Below are positions 47,608 to 56,336 of a stretch of 64,000 nt of DNA, one piece after another. Positions within the stretch are counted from its first letter, which is position 1, and the number at the start of each line of letters is the position of its first letter. The stretch is from Candidatus Methylomirabilia bacterium. GTDB taxonomy: Bacteria > Methylomirabilota > Methylomirabilia > Rokubacteriales > CSP1-6. The DNA is taken from NCBI GenBank assembly GCA_046758965.1, contig JBHIBG010000006.1:212-64211 (forward strand). The letters are read 5' to 3'. Position numbers and translations under genes: made by a program. The notes below the pieces were generated by a model. The model was not told the origin of the DNA and did no database searches. It was given only the letters and a program-made list of their open reading frames with translations.

Positions 47608-48303
47608 TTACGCCCGCCGGCGCTGCTGGATCCAGGTGAGCGCCCAGTTGACCAGGAAGGTGATCGCCAGCAGGAGCAGTGACAGCGCGATAGCGATATC
47701 GAAGTTCCCCTTCCCGGTCTCCAGCACCGTGGCAGTGGTCAGCACGCGCGTCTGCCCCCGGATGTTGCCACCCACCATCATGGAGGCCCCGATCTCGGAG
47801 ATGACCGCGCCGAACCCGGCCATCACCGCCGCCAACATCGGAAGGCGCGCCTGGCGCAGCAGCACCCAGAGGAGCTGGACGCGCGAGGCGCCGAGGGCGA
47901 GCATCTGAAGACGGAACTGCGGGGGGATCTGCTGCACCGCGGCGAGAGTCAGCCCCGTGACGATCGGGGCCGCGATGATGAACTGGGCGATCACGATCGC
48001 CCTCGGAGTGTAGAGCAGCTCCAGGAAGCCGAGCGGCCCGCTCCGCCAGAGAAAGACCGAGACGAAAAGGCCGACCACCACCGGCGGGAGCCCCATCCCC
48101 GTATTGACGAGGCTGATAATGAAGCTTTTGCCCGGGAAGCGGGTGAGGGCGATCACGGTACCCAGCGGGATCCCTACGAGGAGGGAGACGGCGGTCGCCG
48201 TGCCCGAAACCCGGAGCGAGAGCAAGGTGATCTCAAGCACCTCCGGGTCGCCGGTCAGGAGAAGCCACAGCGCCTGTTTGATCCCTTCCCAGATCAGTTC
48301 CAT
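47608..48303 (-). CDS. tupB: Tungstate-type ABC transporter permease (TupB-like).
   Basis: 231-aa ABC permease with an EAA-like loop and GASMMVGGNIRGQTRV segment. Immediately downstream of the TupA-like gene. Confidence 0.7.
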   Translation of the reverse strand: MELIWEGIKQALWLLLTGDPEVLEITLLSLRVSGTATAVSLLVGIPLGTVIALTRFPGKSFIISLVNTGMGLPPVVVGLFVSVFLWRSGPLGFLELLYTPRAIVIAQFIIAAPIVTGLTLAAVQQIPPQFRLQMLALGASRVQLLWVLLRQARLPMLAAVMAGFGAVISEIGASMMVGGNIRGQTRVLTTATVLETGKGNFDIAIALSLLLLAITFLVNWALTWIQQRRRA

Positions 48304-48312
48304 GCCAACCTC

Positions 48313-49140
48313 CTACTCCGCCACGGGGTCTAGGAAAAAGAGCGGCTGTCCGAACCGCTCCTTCCCGTACTCCCGAATGATCGCCCGCGCCTCATCGGAG
48401 GTCAGGAAGTCGCTGAAGGCCTTCGCCCCGGCGTGGTTCACGGGGAGATTCGGGTGCTTCGCCGGGTTCACCTCGTAAACACTGTAGCGGTTTGAAAGGT
48501 CGGGGCTGCCCTCAAAGAGAACCTCCAGCCCCACCGTCTTCCGGAGATTCAGATACGTGGCCCGGTCGGTCAACGTGTAGGCGCCTTTCTCCGAGGCGAT
48601 CCTGAGCGTGGCGCCCATCCCTTGCCCCGACTCGAGGTACCACTCACCGACCGGTGTGACTCCGGCTTCGGCCCAGAAAATCTTCTCCTTCTTGTGGGTG
48701 CCGGAGTTGTCGCCGCGGGAGACCCAGGTGGCTCCGGCCTCGCCGATCTTCTTCAGCGCCAGGGCGGGGGTCCTCGTTCCCCTGATCCTGGCGGGGTCGG
48801 CGGCCGGGCCCGCGATGACGAAGTCGTTGTGCATGAACTGGCGCCGATGGAGGATGTTGGCGGCGGCGGCAAGGGGCTTTTCCGCCTCGGGCGCATGGAC
48901 CAGGATCACGTCCACGTCGCCACGCCTCGCCATTTCCAGCGCCTTCCCTGTTCCGACCGCGATAGTCTTTACCGTGTAGCCGGTCTTCTTCTCGAAAAGC
49001 GGTACGAGGACGTCGAGGAGCCCCGAGTCCTGGGTGCTAGTGGTGGTCGCGAGGATCACGGTGCCTGATTGAGCATCGGCGCGCCACGCGCCAGACCCCA
49101 CCAGCACGACTATCGCCACCAGAACGCTCCACGATCTCAT
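48313..49140 (-). CDS. tupA: Tungstate ABC transporter substrate-binding protein (TupA-like).
   Basis: Signal peptide. Diagnostic TTTSTQDSGLL motif of TupA-family binding proteins. RBS GAAGGAGG before ATG 49140. Confidence 0.8.
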   Translation of the reverse strand: MRSWSVLVAIVVLVGSGAWRADAQSGTVILATTTSTQDSGLLDVLVPLFEKKTGYTVKTIAVGTGKALEMARRGDVDVILVHAPEAEKPLAAAANILHRRQFMHNDFVIAGPAADPARIRGTRTPALALKKIGEAGATWVSRGDNSGTHKKEKIFWAEAGVTPVGEWYLESGQGMGATLRIASEKGAYTLTDRATYLNLRKTVGLEVLFEGSPDLSNRYSVYEVNPAKHPNLPVNHAGAKAFSDFLTSDEARAIIREYGKERFGQPLFFLDPVAE

Positions 49141-49202
49141 CTTGGCCTCCTTCTCTGCCCCCGGAAGCCGCGCGCGCTTTCCGGAAGCGCACGCTCAGAG
49201 CA

Positions 49203-49231
49203 ACGCCAACGAGTTATATATGCTTCTAAGA
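49203..49231 (-). promoter_or_regulatory. Putative sigma70-type promoter of the tup/mod operon (minus strand).
   Basis: Read on the minus strand: TTGACT (complement of 49226-49231), 17-nt spacer, TATAAC (complement of 49203-49208). Lies about 60 nt upstream of the tupA ATG. Flanked upstream by a T7 run that could terminate the regulator gene. Confidence 0.4.
49209..49226. promoter_or_regulatory. Candidate operator: perfect inverted repeat TATGCT-N6-AGCATA within the promoter spacer.
   Basis: 49209-49214 TATGCT and 49221-49226 AGCATA are exact reverse complements, separated by TCTAAG. The site sits between the -35 and -10 hexamers, next to the gene for a ModE-like winged-helix regulator. Confidence 0.35.
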
Positions 49232-49261
49232 GCATAGTCAACCCCAAAAAAACGACTCCCC

Positions 49262-49597
49262 CTAGCCACTCGGGAACGTCCTCGAGAACTGGCGCTCCAT
49301 CGTCTCATCGACTCCCCGCCTGAACTTCCAATACCGCTTCAGGAACCGCTGGCCGTCCTTTGTGAGCCGTGTCCCACCCCGGGGCCCACCCCCGGGGGTG
49401 CGTTCCAAAAACTTGAGCCCGGCGGCCTGCTCCAGCTCCCGGATATAGCCCCAGGCGTTTCGATAGGACATCCCGAAGCGGCCGACCGCCTTTTTCAGCG
49501 ATCCGAGCTCGTTGATGAGTTCAAACAACCGTGCGCGGCCATCGCCGAACTTGACGCGCTCGCCAAAAACAACCCACACCTTAATTTTCGGTTTCAC
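49262..49597 (-). CDS. ModE N-terminal-domain-like winged-helix transcriptional regulator, lacking Mop/TOBE domains.
   Basis: 111 aa. LFELINELGSLKKAVGRFGMSYRNAWGYIRELE matches the ModE/LysR-type HTH of molybdate-responsive regulators. No C-terminal molybdate-binding domains. Confidence 0.65.
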   Translation of the reverse strand: MKPKIKVWVVFGERVKFGDGRARLFELINELGSLKKAVGRFGMSYRNAWGYIRELEQAAGLKFLERTPGGGPRGGTRLTKDGQRFLKRYWKFRRGVDETMERQFSRTFPSG

Positions 49598-49672
49598 ACC
49601 CTCTTCTCGCTCCCCCTCGTGCAGCTCGTTCCGGTCGGCAGAACCTCACGACGATTCCGGACGCCCTGCCCG

Positions 49673-51079
49673 TCATCCCCGCCCGCGAGGAATGGCATGG
49701 GAAAGTTGGGCGAAGGGGGGTTGCAGGATATACGCCACCGTGCACTCCGGGCCGTGAACGGCTTCCGCGCGGGCCACAGCTTCCTCCACGCTCGCCGCCG
49801 TCTCGAAGCCGAGATGGCGGGGCACGGCGGCGTCGCGGGGCGCGGCGACGACCACCTGCCGCAGGTGCGAGAGTCGCCTGAGGGGGTACAGCGCCATGAT
49901 GGCGTGGACCGGATGAAAGGCGAAGCGGTCACGGTACGCCTCGATGTACTCCGGGCGCCGCGCGTAGTCGTCAGCGAAGCGGTGCATGATCTCGTACGGG
50001 TCACGGCTCTCCGGGAGCACGCGCTCCCAGACCTCGGGGTATGAGGCATGGGCGACCCGGTCCCAGCGCTCGGGGACCGGCGTGGCCATGATCACGGTAC
50101 ACCCGGACTTGCCGAGCGCCTCGATCAGCCCGCCCGCATAGCCGAGCCCCGTGGAGATCAGGGTCAGGATCGGATTCACGCGCGAGAAGACCGCATAGGG
50201 GCTCCAGTCCGGAACGCCATAGACCAGGAGATCGAAGCGCTCGCGCGCCAGCTGCCGCCGGGCCGGGAAAAGCCTCTCCACGGTCTCCAGCGCCCGACGA
50301 CGGGTCTCGTCCACGCTCCCCGCGAAGACCTGCGCGACCTCCAGGGGATTCGACAGGACGGTGTCGAGCTTGAAGACCCGCTTGCCCAGGCGGCGCTCGA
50401 GGTGGGCACCCATCTCGTTCAGGACCGCATGCATCCGGTTGTCGCGGACCGACATGGACATCCCATCGGGGGTGTGGGTCCACCGAATAGAGTTGTAGGT
50501 CGAGAGCCCCACGCAGATGGATTTCCAGCCGCCCAAGAACCCCCGGTTGTAGCGCGCGTTGACGTAGATCGTCAGGTCGGACTCCGCCACGAGGCGGTGG
50601 ACCTCCACGTTGTAGCCGTTGGGCGAGCTCTTTCCCAGGTCCACGAGGTTCTCCCGGTCCTCGGCATCATGGCAGATCAATCGCGGACCGAACTCCCGGA
50701 CGAGGTCGTCTCCCAGGAGCACGGCCAGCTCGCTTGGCCTGAGCTTCCGGTGGAGCGCGTTGGCGCAGATCAGCGTGACCTGCCCCCGCGAGACCCCCGC
50801 CGCCTGAAGCTCCTCCAGCACCGCCTCGATCGCCACCCTGCGGACCGGACCGTGGGATTCTATCGTGGCGTCGTCGAAGGCAACGGCGACGCTGGCCCCG
50901 GGCCTCACCAGCTCCCTGATCCTCGAGAGCCCCCGAGGCTCAGCCAGCGCCTGGCGGACGGCCGCCGCCAGATCCTCGACCGGAGGCAGGGTGGCCCGCT
51001 CCGCGGTCGGAATCACGACCGCCCGGTCGGGGATCTCGGCAGGGAGAGTTCCCTCGCCGTACGGAAGCTCGACCTTCAT
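49673..51079 (-). CDS. LarA-like (lactate racemase N-terminal domain, DUF2088) protein.
   Basis: N-terminus MKVELPYGEGTLPAEIPD and overall length (468 aa) typical of LarA-family nickel-pincer-cofactor enzymes. Confidence 0.7.
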   Translation of the reverse strand: MKVELPYGEGTLPAEIPDRAVVIPTAERATLPPVEDLAAAVRQALAEPRGLSRIRELVRPGASVAVAFDDATIESHGPVRRVAIEAVLEELQAAGVSRGQVTLICANALHRKLRPSELAVLLGDDLVREFGPRLICHDAEDRENLVDLGKSSPNGYNVEVHRLVAESDLTIYVNARYNRGFLGGWKSICVGLSTYNSIRWTHTPDGMSMSVRDNRMHAVLNEMGAHLERRLGKRVFKLDTVLSNPLEVAQVFAGSVDETRRRALETVERLFPARRQLARERFDLLVYGVPDWSPYAVFSRVNPILTLISTGLGYAGGLIEALGKSGCTVIMATPVPERWDRVAHASYPEVWERVLPESRDPYEIMHRFADDYARRPEYIEAYRDRFAFHPVHAIMALYPLRRLSHLRQVVVAAPRDAAVPRHLGFETAASVEEAVARAEAVHGPECTVAYILQPPFAQLSHAIPRGRG

Positions 51080-51116
51080 CGTGGAGCCAGCGTTTCTCCT
51101 CCCGCCCTGATCGGCG

Positions 51117-52061
51117 CTATGCCGAAAGGCGCGGGATCACCTCGCGGGCGATCAGCTCGACCTGCTGGGGTTCATAGCGGTACGGGATGAAGACGATCCG
51201 GTGGATCCCGGCCTCCAGGTAAGGTCGGAGCTGCGCCACGCACTCCTCCACCGTCCCCCGGATCGCATGCTCAATGGTGGAATCGCTCCAGGCGGCCACG
51301 TCCCACTCGGTCGTGAGCCACTGCCGCATCAGCGGGTCGGCCTCGACCATTGGGCGCCCCACATAGATGGCGAGCTGGTTGGTGGCCGTGAGCTGCCCCG
51401 GGTCGCGTCCGTACTCCTTCGCGTAGCCCCGGATCTTGGCCCATGATTTCGTAAACCCCTCTGGCGTGTAGAAGTAGGTAAGCCACCCGTCGGCCATCCG
51501 CGCCACGCGCCGGAGCACGGTATCCACGTAGCCGCCGATGAGCACCGGCGGGCGCGGCTTCTGGTGCGGCTTCGGCAGGAGCACAGCTTCCCGGAGGTTC
51601 AGACCGTTGACCTGGGCGGTCACCGACTCCTCCGTCCAGAGGCGGAGCAGGAGCTCGAGGTTCCGCTCGAAGATCCGCCCGCGCTCTCTGAACGGCACGC
51701 CGACGGCGTCAAACTCCCGCGCATACCAGCCCGCAGCCGCCCCCAGAATCAGGCGCCCCTTGGAGATCCGGTCCAGGCTCGCCAGCACCTTGGCCGTCAC
51801 AACCGGGTTCCGCAGCGGGAGAACCAGGACGCCGGTGCCCAGCTTGACCCGGCTCGTCCGCGCCGCGATGGCGGTGAGAACCGAGAGCGCATCCAGGATC
51901 GGGAAGGCCGGCTTGACCCCCAGGAGCACGTGATCCCAGGTCCAGAGCGACTCAAAGCCCAGGGCCTCGGCGCGTTCGGCGTAGCTCAGGATCCCGTCCA
52001 CGTCGGGCGTTTCGTCCGGGCCGACGAAGTTTCTGATGGCGACGCCGAACTGTGCCGTCAT
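51117..52061 (-). CDS. LLM-class flavin/F420-dependent oxidoreductase.
   Basis: 314 aa with a luciferase-like pattern (FGVAIRNF; LIGGY). Confidence 0.85.
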   Translation of the reverse strand: MTAQFGVAIRNFVGPDETPDVDGILSYAERAEALGFESLWTWDHVLLGVKPAFPILDALSVLTAIAARTSRVKLGTGVLVLPLRNPVVTAKVLASLDRISKGRLILGAAAGWYAREFDAVGVPFRERGRIFERNLELLLRLWTEESVTAQVNGLNLREAVLLPKPHQKPRPPVLIGGYVDTVLRRVARMADGWLTYFYTPEGFTKSWAKIRGYAKEYGRDPGQLTATNQLAIYVGRPMVEADPLMRQWLTTEWDVAAWSDSTIEHAIRGTVEECVAQLRPYLEAGIHRIVFIPYRYEPQQVELIAREVIPRLSA

Positions 52062-52079
52062 CGGGTCAATCCCCGCTGC

Positions 52080-52838
52080 TCAGAGGAATCGCCGGTCAGG
52101 GTCGAGGTCCCGGAGAAGGGTGAGCTCGCCCTCACTCGGCGGTTCGGTGACCGGAATGCGCTCCGGGGTCAGGAGCTCGAACCCTGTCCGCTCCGTCAGA
52201 TCGCCCAACGAGACACCGGTGTGCACGCTCTCCACCCGCATAGCCTTTGTCTCGTCGTCGAACCCCATGATCCCGAGATCGGTTACGACCCGGCTCACTC
52301 GCCCGAAGAGCAGACCGGCCTTCCGCCGCGAGTCGCCCCCGTCGAGGAACCCCGGGCTCGTCACGAAGTCCACCCGGGGGACGAAGCGGCGGCGCTCATG
52401 CATCGTCACCACCATCACCCGGCGGCAGAGAGAGATGATGTCATTCGCCCCTCCGCTGCCGGGGAGCCGCAGCTTCGGGGAACCGTAGGGCCCGATCACG
52501 CTCGAATTCAGATTGCCGTAGCGGTCGACCTGAGCGCCCCCGACGAACCCGATGTCCAGGAAGCCGCGCTGGGCAAAGAGAAAAATGTCAGTGATCCCCG
52601 GAAGCATCTGGGCACGGTGCGCGATGCGCATCTCGTTGGTCGAGATCGGCAGCCGCCCCGGGACCACTTCGGGGCCGATGGAGCCGCCTTCCACCACGAT
52701 GGTCAGACCCGGAGCATGAGTTCTCTGGGCCAGGACAGCCGCGAGCAACGGGGTCCCCACACCCGCGAACACCGAGGAGACCCCAGCCAGTTGGCGGGCG
52801 GCCATCACGGCGAGCAGCTCGGAGGGGGAATAGCTCAT
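52080..52838 (-). CDS. CoA-transferase subunit B (glutaconate/3-oxoacid CoA-transferase family).
   Basis: Family I CoA-transferase beta-subunit pattern (GVGTPLLAA, GGANDI). 4-nt overlap with the subunit A gene. Confidence 0.8.
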   Translation of the reverse strand: MSYSPSELLAVMAARQLAGVSSVFAGVGTPLLAAVLAQRTHAPGLTIVVEGGSIGPEVVPGRLPISTNEMRIAHRAQMLPGITDIFLFAQRGFLDIGFVGGAQVDRYGNLNSSVIGPYGSPKLRLPGSGGANDIISLCRRVMVVTMHERRRFVPRVDFVTSPGFLDGGDSRRKAGLLFGRVSRVVTDLGIMGFDDETKAMRVESVHTGVSLGDLTERTGFELLTPERIPVTEPPSEGELTLLRDLDPDRRFL

Positions 52839-53791
52839 CGGCCGCCGAGAAGCTCACGAGCGTGGCGCGCCTGGCGAGCCAGGGCCTCGTCTCCGAAGAG
52901 CGCAAGGTACTCCCGATGGCTCCGAGGCCTATGGATATAGCGATCGAGATACTCGCCGATCGCGCGGGTCCCCTTTGCGGTGATCTCGGCGACATACGCG
53001 TCGAAATGGCTGACGTCAGCCTCGTAGAGGCCGTAGCACTCGTGGGGGAAAGCCCCGTAGGGAACCTCCACGAGCGCATCCACCACGAAGCCGGGGATCA
53101 CGGTCCGATCGGGGTGACGCCGGATCTCCTCCTCGGAGATGATCTCCTCGGCGGTGACGAGCACGGTCGTCGCCGCACGAGCAATGTCGGGGTCCATGTG
53201 GGGGTAGCCATCGATCTGACAGTTGCCGAATCGATCGGCGCGGTGGACGTGGAGGAGCGCCACATCAGGGAAGAGGGCCGGGATAAGGCAGAGCGTCTCG
53301 CCCGTGAAGGGGCACGTCATCGTCCCCGCTTCACCGACCCCCATCAGATCCGAGCCGAGCATCGTGAGCGTCGGCAGGAACGGCACGCCCATCGCGCCGG
53401 CGCGGTAGCGCAGCCCGAGCCCCAGGTGGCTCCACTCCTCAAAGCGGACCCGACCACTCTCCGCCTGCTCCCGCATGACCCGCGAGAGCCCCCAGGGGAG
53501 GCCGATCCCAAACCAGCTCGTCACCACGGCCTCCGCCGCTCCGGCGGCCAGGAACCACTCCCCCTCGTAGCACATCAGGTTTCGGGATAGCGTGAGGCCG
53601 CGCCGGCCCTGGCGCAAGAGTTCCATGAGCAGGGCCAGGGGAGTGCGAGAGAAGAGGCAGCCGCCGATCGCGATGTGATCGCCGGCCTTGACTCGCCGCA
53701 CGGCCTCCGGGAGCGTGGTGAGCTTCTCCCCGGACGCCGGGGGCTTCGCCTCGAGCCGACGCCGGGCCTCCACGAAGTCGCCGGGCTTCAC
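52835..53791 (-). CDS. CoA-transferase subunit A (glutaconate CoA-transferase GctA-like).
   Basis: GTG start at 53791. VKAGDHIAIGG N-terminal motif and SEEEIRRHPDRTVIPG region resemble GctA. Confidence 0.8.
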   Translation of the reverse strand: MKPGDFVEARRRLEAKPPASGEKLTTLPEAVRRVKAGDHIAIGGCLFSRTPLALLMELLRQGRRGLTLSRNLMCYEGEWFLAAGAAEAVVTSWFGIGLPWGLSRVMREQAESGRVRFEEWSHLGLGLRYRAGAMGVPFLPTLTMLGSDLMGVGEAGTMTCPFTGETLCLIPALFPDVALLHVHRADRFGNCQIDGYPHMDPDIARAATTVLVTAEEIISEEEIRRHPDRTVIPGFVVDALVEVPYGAFPHECYGLYEADVSHFDAYVAEITAKGTRAIGEYLDRYIHRPRSHREYLALFGDEALARQARHARELLGGR

Positions 53792-53937
53792 CGGACGATC
53801 TCCCAGCTGAGCCCGGACCTGTCCACGGACGACCGGTTCCGGTCGTCATCGCGAGCGAGGAAAACGGGCAGCTCCGGATACTTCAGCGCCGCCTCGACGG
53901 CCGCAGCGGGTTTCCCGCTCATGGCACGGGGATTCTA

Positions 53938-56283
53938 TCATGCCTCGGCGCCGAGTCGCAGCAGCACGGCAAGCCGGCGCGGGGTCACGGGCGTCTCGGT
54001 GATCCGGACACCGAACGGCGCCAACGCGTCCTCGATCGCGTTGGCGATCGCCGCAGGCGGCGAGATCGCCCCACCCTCCCCGAGTCCCTTGATGCCGAGC
54101 GGGTTGCGCGGCGAGGGAAACTCGAGGTGCACAGTTTCGATCGGCGGAAGCTCGTCGGCCACGGGAATGTGGTAGTCCATGAGCGTGTTGCTCAGGAGCT
54201 GTCCGGTCTCGTCGTAGATTATCTCTTCGTACAGGGCGCCGCCGACCCCCTGAGCCACCCCGCCATGGATCTGTCCGTCGACGATCATGGGGTTGATGAG
54301 GCGACCGCAGTCGTGGGCGACGACATACCGGAGAAGCCTCACCAGGCCGCTGGCGAGGTTCACCTCGACCTGAGCGATGTGAACCGCGCTCGCAAAGGTC
54401 ACGGTGGGGACGTGATGGTAGGCGGTAGCCTCAAACGCCGGCTCGACCACCCCGGGGGTCTCGTACGTGGGAAGGCTCGCCTGGATCACACGGGCGAGAG
54501 GCAAAGCTGAGGAAGGCACGCCGCGGACGAAGACCTGTCCCTCCTCGATCTCGAGGTCGTCGGGCCTGGCCTCCAGAAGCTTGCCAGCGGCCTCCACCAC
54601 CTTCTCCCTTACCCTGCGGGTCGCCGTCGCAATCGCGTTCCCCGCCAAGACCGCGCTTCGGCTGGCGAACGTTCCGATCCCGAACGGAATCCGATCAGTA
54701 TCGCCGCCGATCACGGCCACCCAGTCGAGGGGCACGCCGAGGACATCCGCGGCGATCTGGGCGAAGGAGGTCTCGTGGCCCTGGCCTTGGGAGCAGGCCC
54801 CGGTCGCGATGATGACGCGTCCGGTCGGGTCGAGTTTCACCGAGGCCCCCTCGTACGGCCCGATCGCCGTCCCCTCCACGTAGGAGGAGATGCCGATTCC
54901 ACGATAGATCTCTTTCGGCCGAAGCTCGGCTTGCTCCTTCCGAAATCGCGCGTACCCTGAGGCCTCGAGCGCCTGCTCGAGAGTCGCGGGGAAGTCGCCG
55001 TTGTCCAAAACGAGAGGGTTCCCGTCCCGGTAGGGCATTCCCGTATCGTAAGGCATCTCGTCGGCGCGGATCACGTTACGGCGGCGGAGCTCCGCCGGGT
55101 CCATTCGAAGCTCCCGCGCCAGGCAGTCGAGGATCCGGTCCATGGCAAAGACCGCCTCGGGCCGACCGGCGCCCCGGTACGGCGCGTTCGGAGCCTTGTT
55201 GGTCACCACGGCCTGAAACTCAACGGAGAGGTTTCTGATGCGATACGGGCCGAGCAGATGAGCCACGGTGTTGTAGGGAAGGACGATCCCCCAGGAGTTA
55301 TACGCGCCGAGGTCGAGCCAGATGCGGTCTCGCACAGCGAGGATCGTGCCCTCCCGCGTGGCGGCGACCTCGATCTCGTGGAGCTGGTCCCGGGCGTGGG
55401 CCGCGCCCACGAAGTGCTCGCGGCGGGTCTCCGCCCACTTGACCGGGCGGCCAACCTCCCGGGCGAGCAGGGGGACGAGGAGATCTTCGGAATAACCACA
55501 CGCCTTGGTGCCGAAGCCGCCCCCGACGTCAGGGGCGATCACGCGCACCCGGTGGACGGCAAGCTCAAGCGTCCCCGCCACAGCCTGCTGAGTAAAGTGG
55601 GGCACCTGGGTGGAGTTCCAGGTCGTCAGGGTTCCATCGCGCCGGTCGAAGCTGGCGAGCACTCCGCGCGACTCGATCGGCATCCCCGCGTAGCGCTGAA
55701 TCCTGAAGCGCTCGGCCACCACGAACTCCGCGCTCCGGAACGCGCCATCTGCGTCCCCCACGGAATGCGTGAACGCAACGGCGACATTGTCACCCCACTG
55801 GGGATGAACCAATACCGCTCCGGCCTCGGCTCCGGCCTTGGCGTCACTGACCGGTGGAAGCGGCTCGCACTCCACCTCGATCAGCTCCAGGGCATCCTCC
55901 GCCACATAGCGGTCTTCGGCGACCACGGCCGCGACGACTTCGCCCACGTACCGAACCGTGTCCCGGGCGAGGGGATACTGCGCGGCGTGCTTCAAGTCGA
56001 ACTTCACCCGAGCCGCGAGGCCCGGCGGCGGGCCGCCGAACGTGGGAAGGGGTTTCATCCAGCGCGCCAGGTCGTCATACGTGAAAACTCTGATCACTCC
56101 GGGAAGCCGCGCCGCCCTCTCGCTCCGGATGGCGCGGATCCGCGCGTGGGAGTGAAGGCTCCGGAGGAAGGCGGCGTGGAGAAGCCCCGGTAGCTGGATG
56201 TCGTCAACGAAACGGCCCCGCCCCCTGAGGAGCCGTGGATCCTCGTACCGCCTGACCGAAGCTCCGAAGTACTTCACCCCCAT
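53938..56283 (-). CDS. Xanthine dehydrogenase family molybdopterin-binding subunit (aldehyde oxidase/CO-dehydrogenase large-subunit-like), full length.
   Basis: ATG 56283 preceded by GAGAGGGG. About 780 aa with Ald_Xan_dh_C and C2 domain patterns. Paralogous to the fragment at 1..817. No FeS or FAD subunit genes adjacent. Confidence 0.85.
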   Translation of the reverse strand: MGVKYFGASVRRYEDPRLLRGRGRFVDDIQLPGLLHAAFLRSLHSHARIRAIRSERAARLPGVIRVFTYDDLARWMKPLPTFGGPPPGLAARVKFDLKHAAQYPLARDTVRYVGEVVAAVVAEDRYVAEDALELIEVECEPLPPVSDAKAGAEAGAVLVHPQWGDNVAVAFTHSVGDADGAFRSAEFVVAERFRIQRYAGMPIESRGVLASFDRRDGTLTTWNSTQVPHFTQQAVAGTLELAVHRVRVIAPDVGGGFGTKACGYSEDLLVPLLAREVGRPVKWAETRREHFVGAAHARDQLHEIEVAATREGTILAVRDRIWLDLGAYNSWGIVLPYNTVAHLLGPYRIRNLSVEFQAVVTNKAPNAPYRGAGRPEAVFAMDRILDCLARELRMDPAELRRRNVIRADEMPYDTGMPYRDGNPLVLDNGDFPATLEQALEASGYARFRKEQAELRPKEIYRGIGISSYVEGTAIGPYEGASVKLDPTGRVIIATGACSQGQGHETSFAQIAADVLGVPLDWVAVIGGDTDRIPFGIGTFASRSAVLAGNAIATATRRVREKVVEAAGKLLEARPDDLEIEEGQVFVRGVPSSALPLARVIQASLPTYETPGVVEPAFEATAYHHVPTVTFASAVHIAQVEVNLASGLVRLLRYVVAHDCGRLINPMIVDGQIHGGVAQGVGGALYEEIIYDETGQLLSNTLMDYHIPVADELPPIETVHLEFPSPRNPLGIKGLGEGGAISPPAAIANAIEDALAPFGVRITETPVTPRRLAVLLRLGAEA

Positions 56284-56336
56284 CTCACCCCTCTCAGTAG
56301 CTCGTGGGTGGTAGTGCCGGGCCAATGATGCACCTT

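Noticed and set aside
49141-49261. Moco riboswitch upstream of the tupA/modA/moaC genes
   Set aside because: The leader between the predicted promoter and the tupA ATG is only about 55 nt, far too short for the roughly 140-nt Moco RNA motif. Regulation here looks protein- and operator-based.
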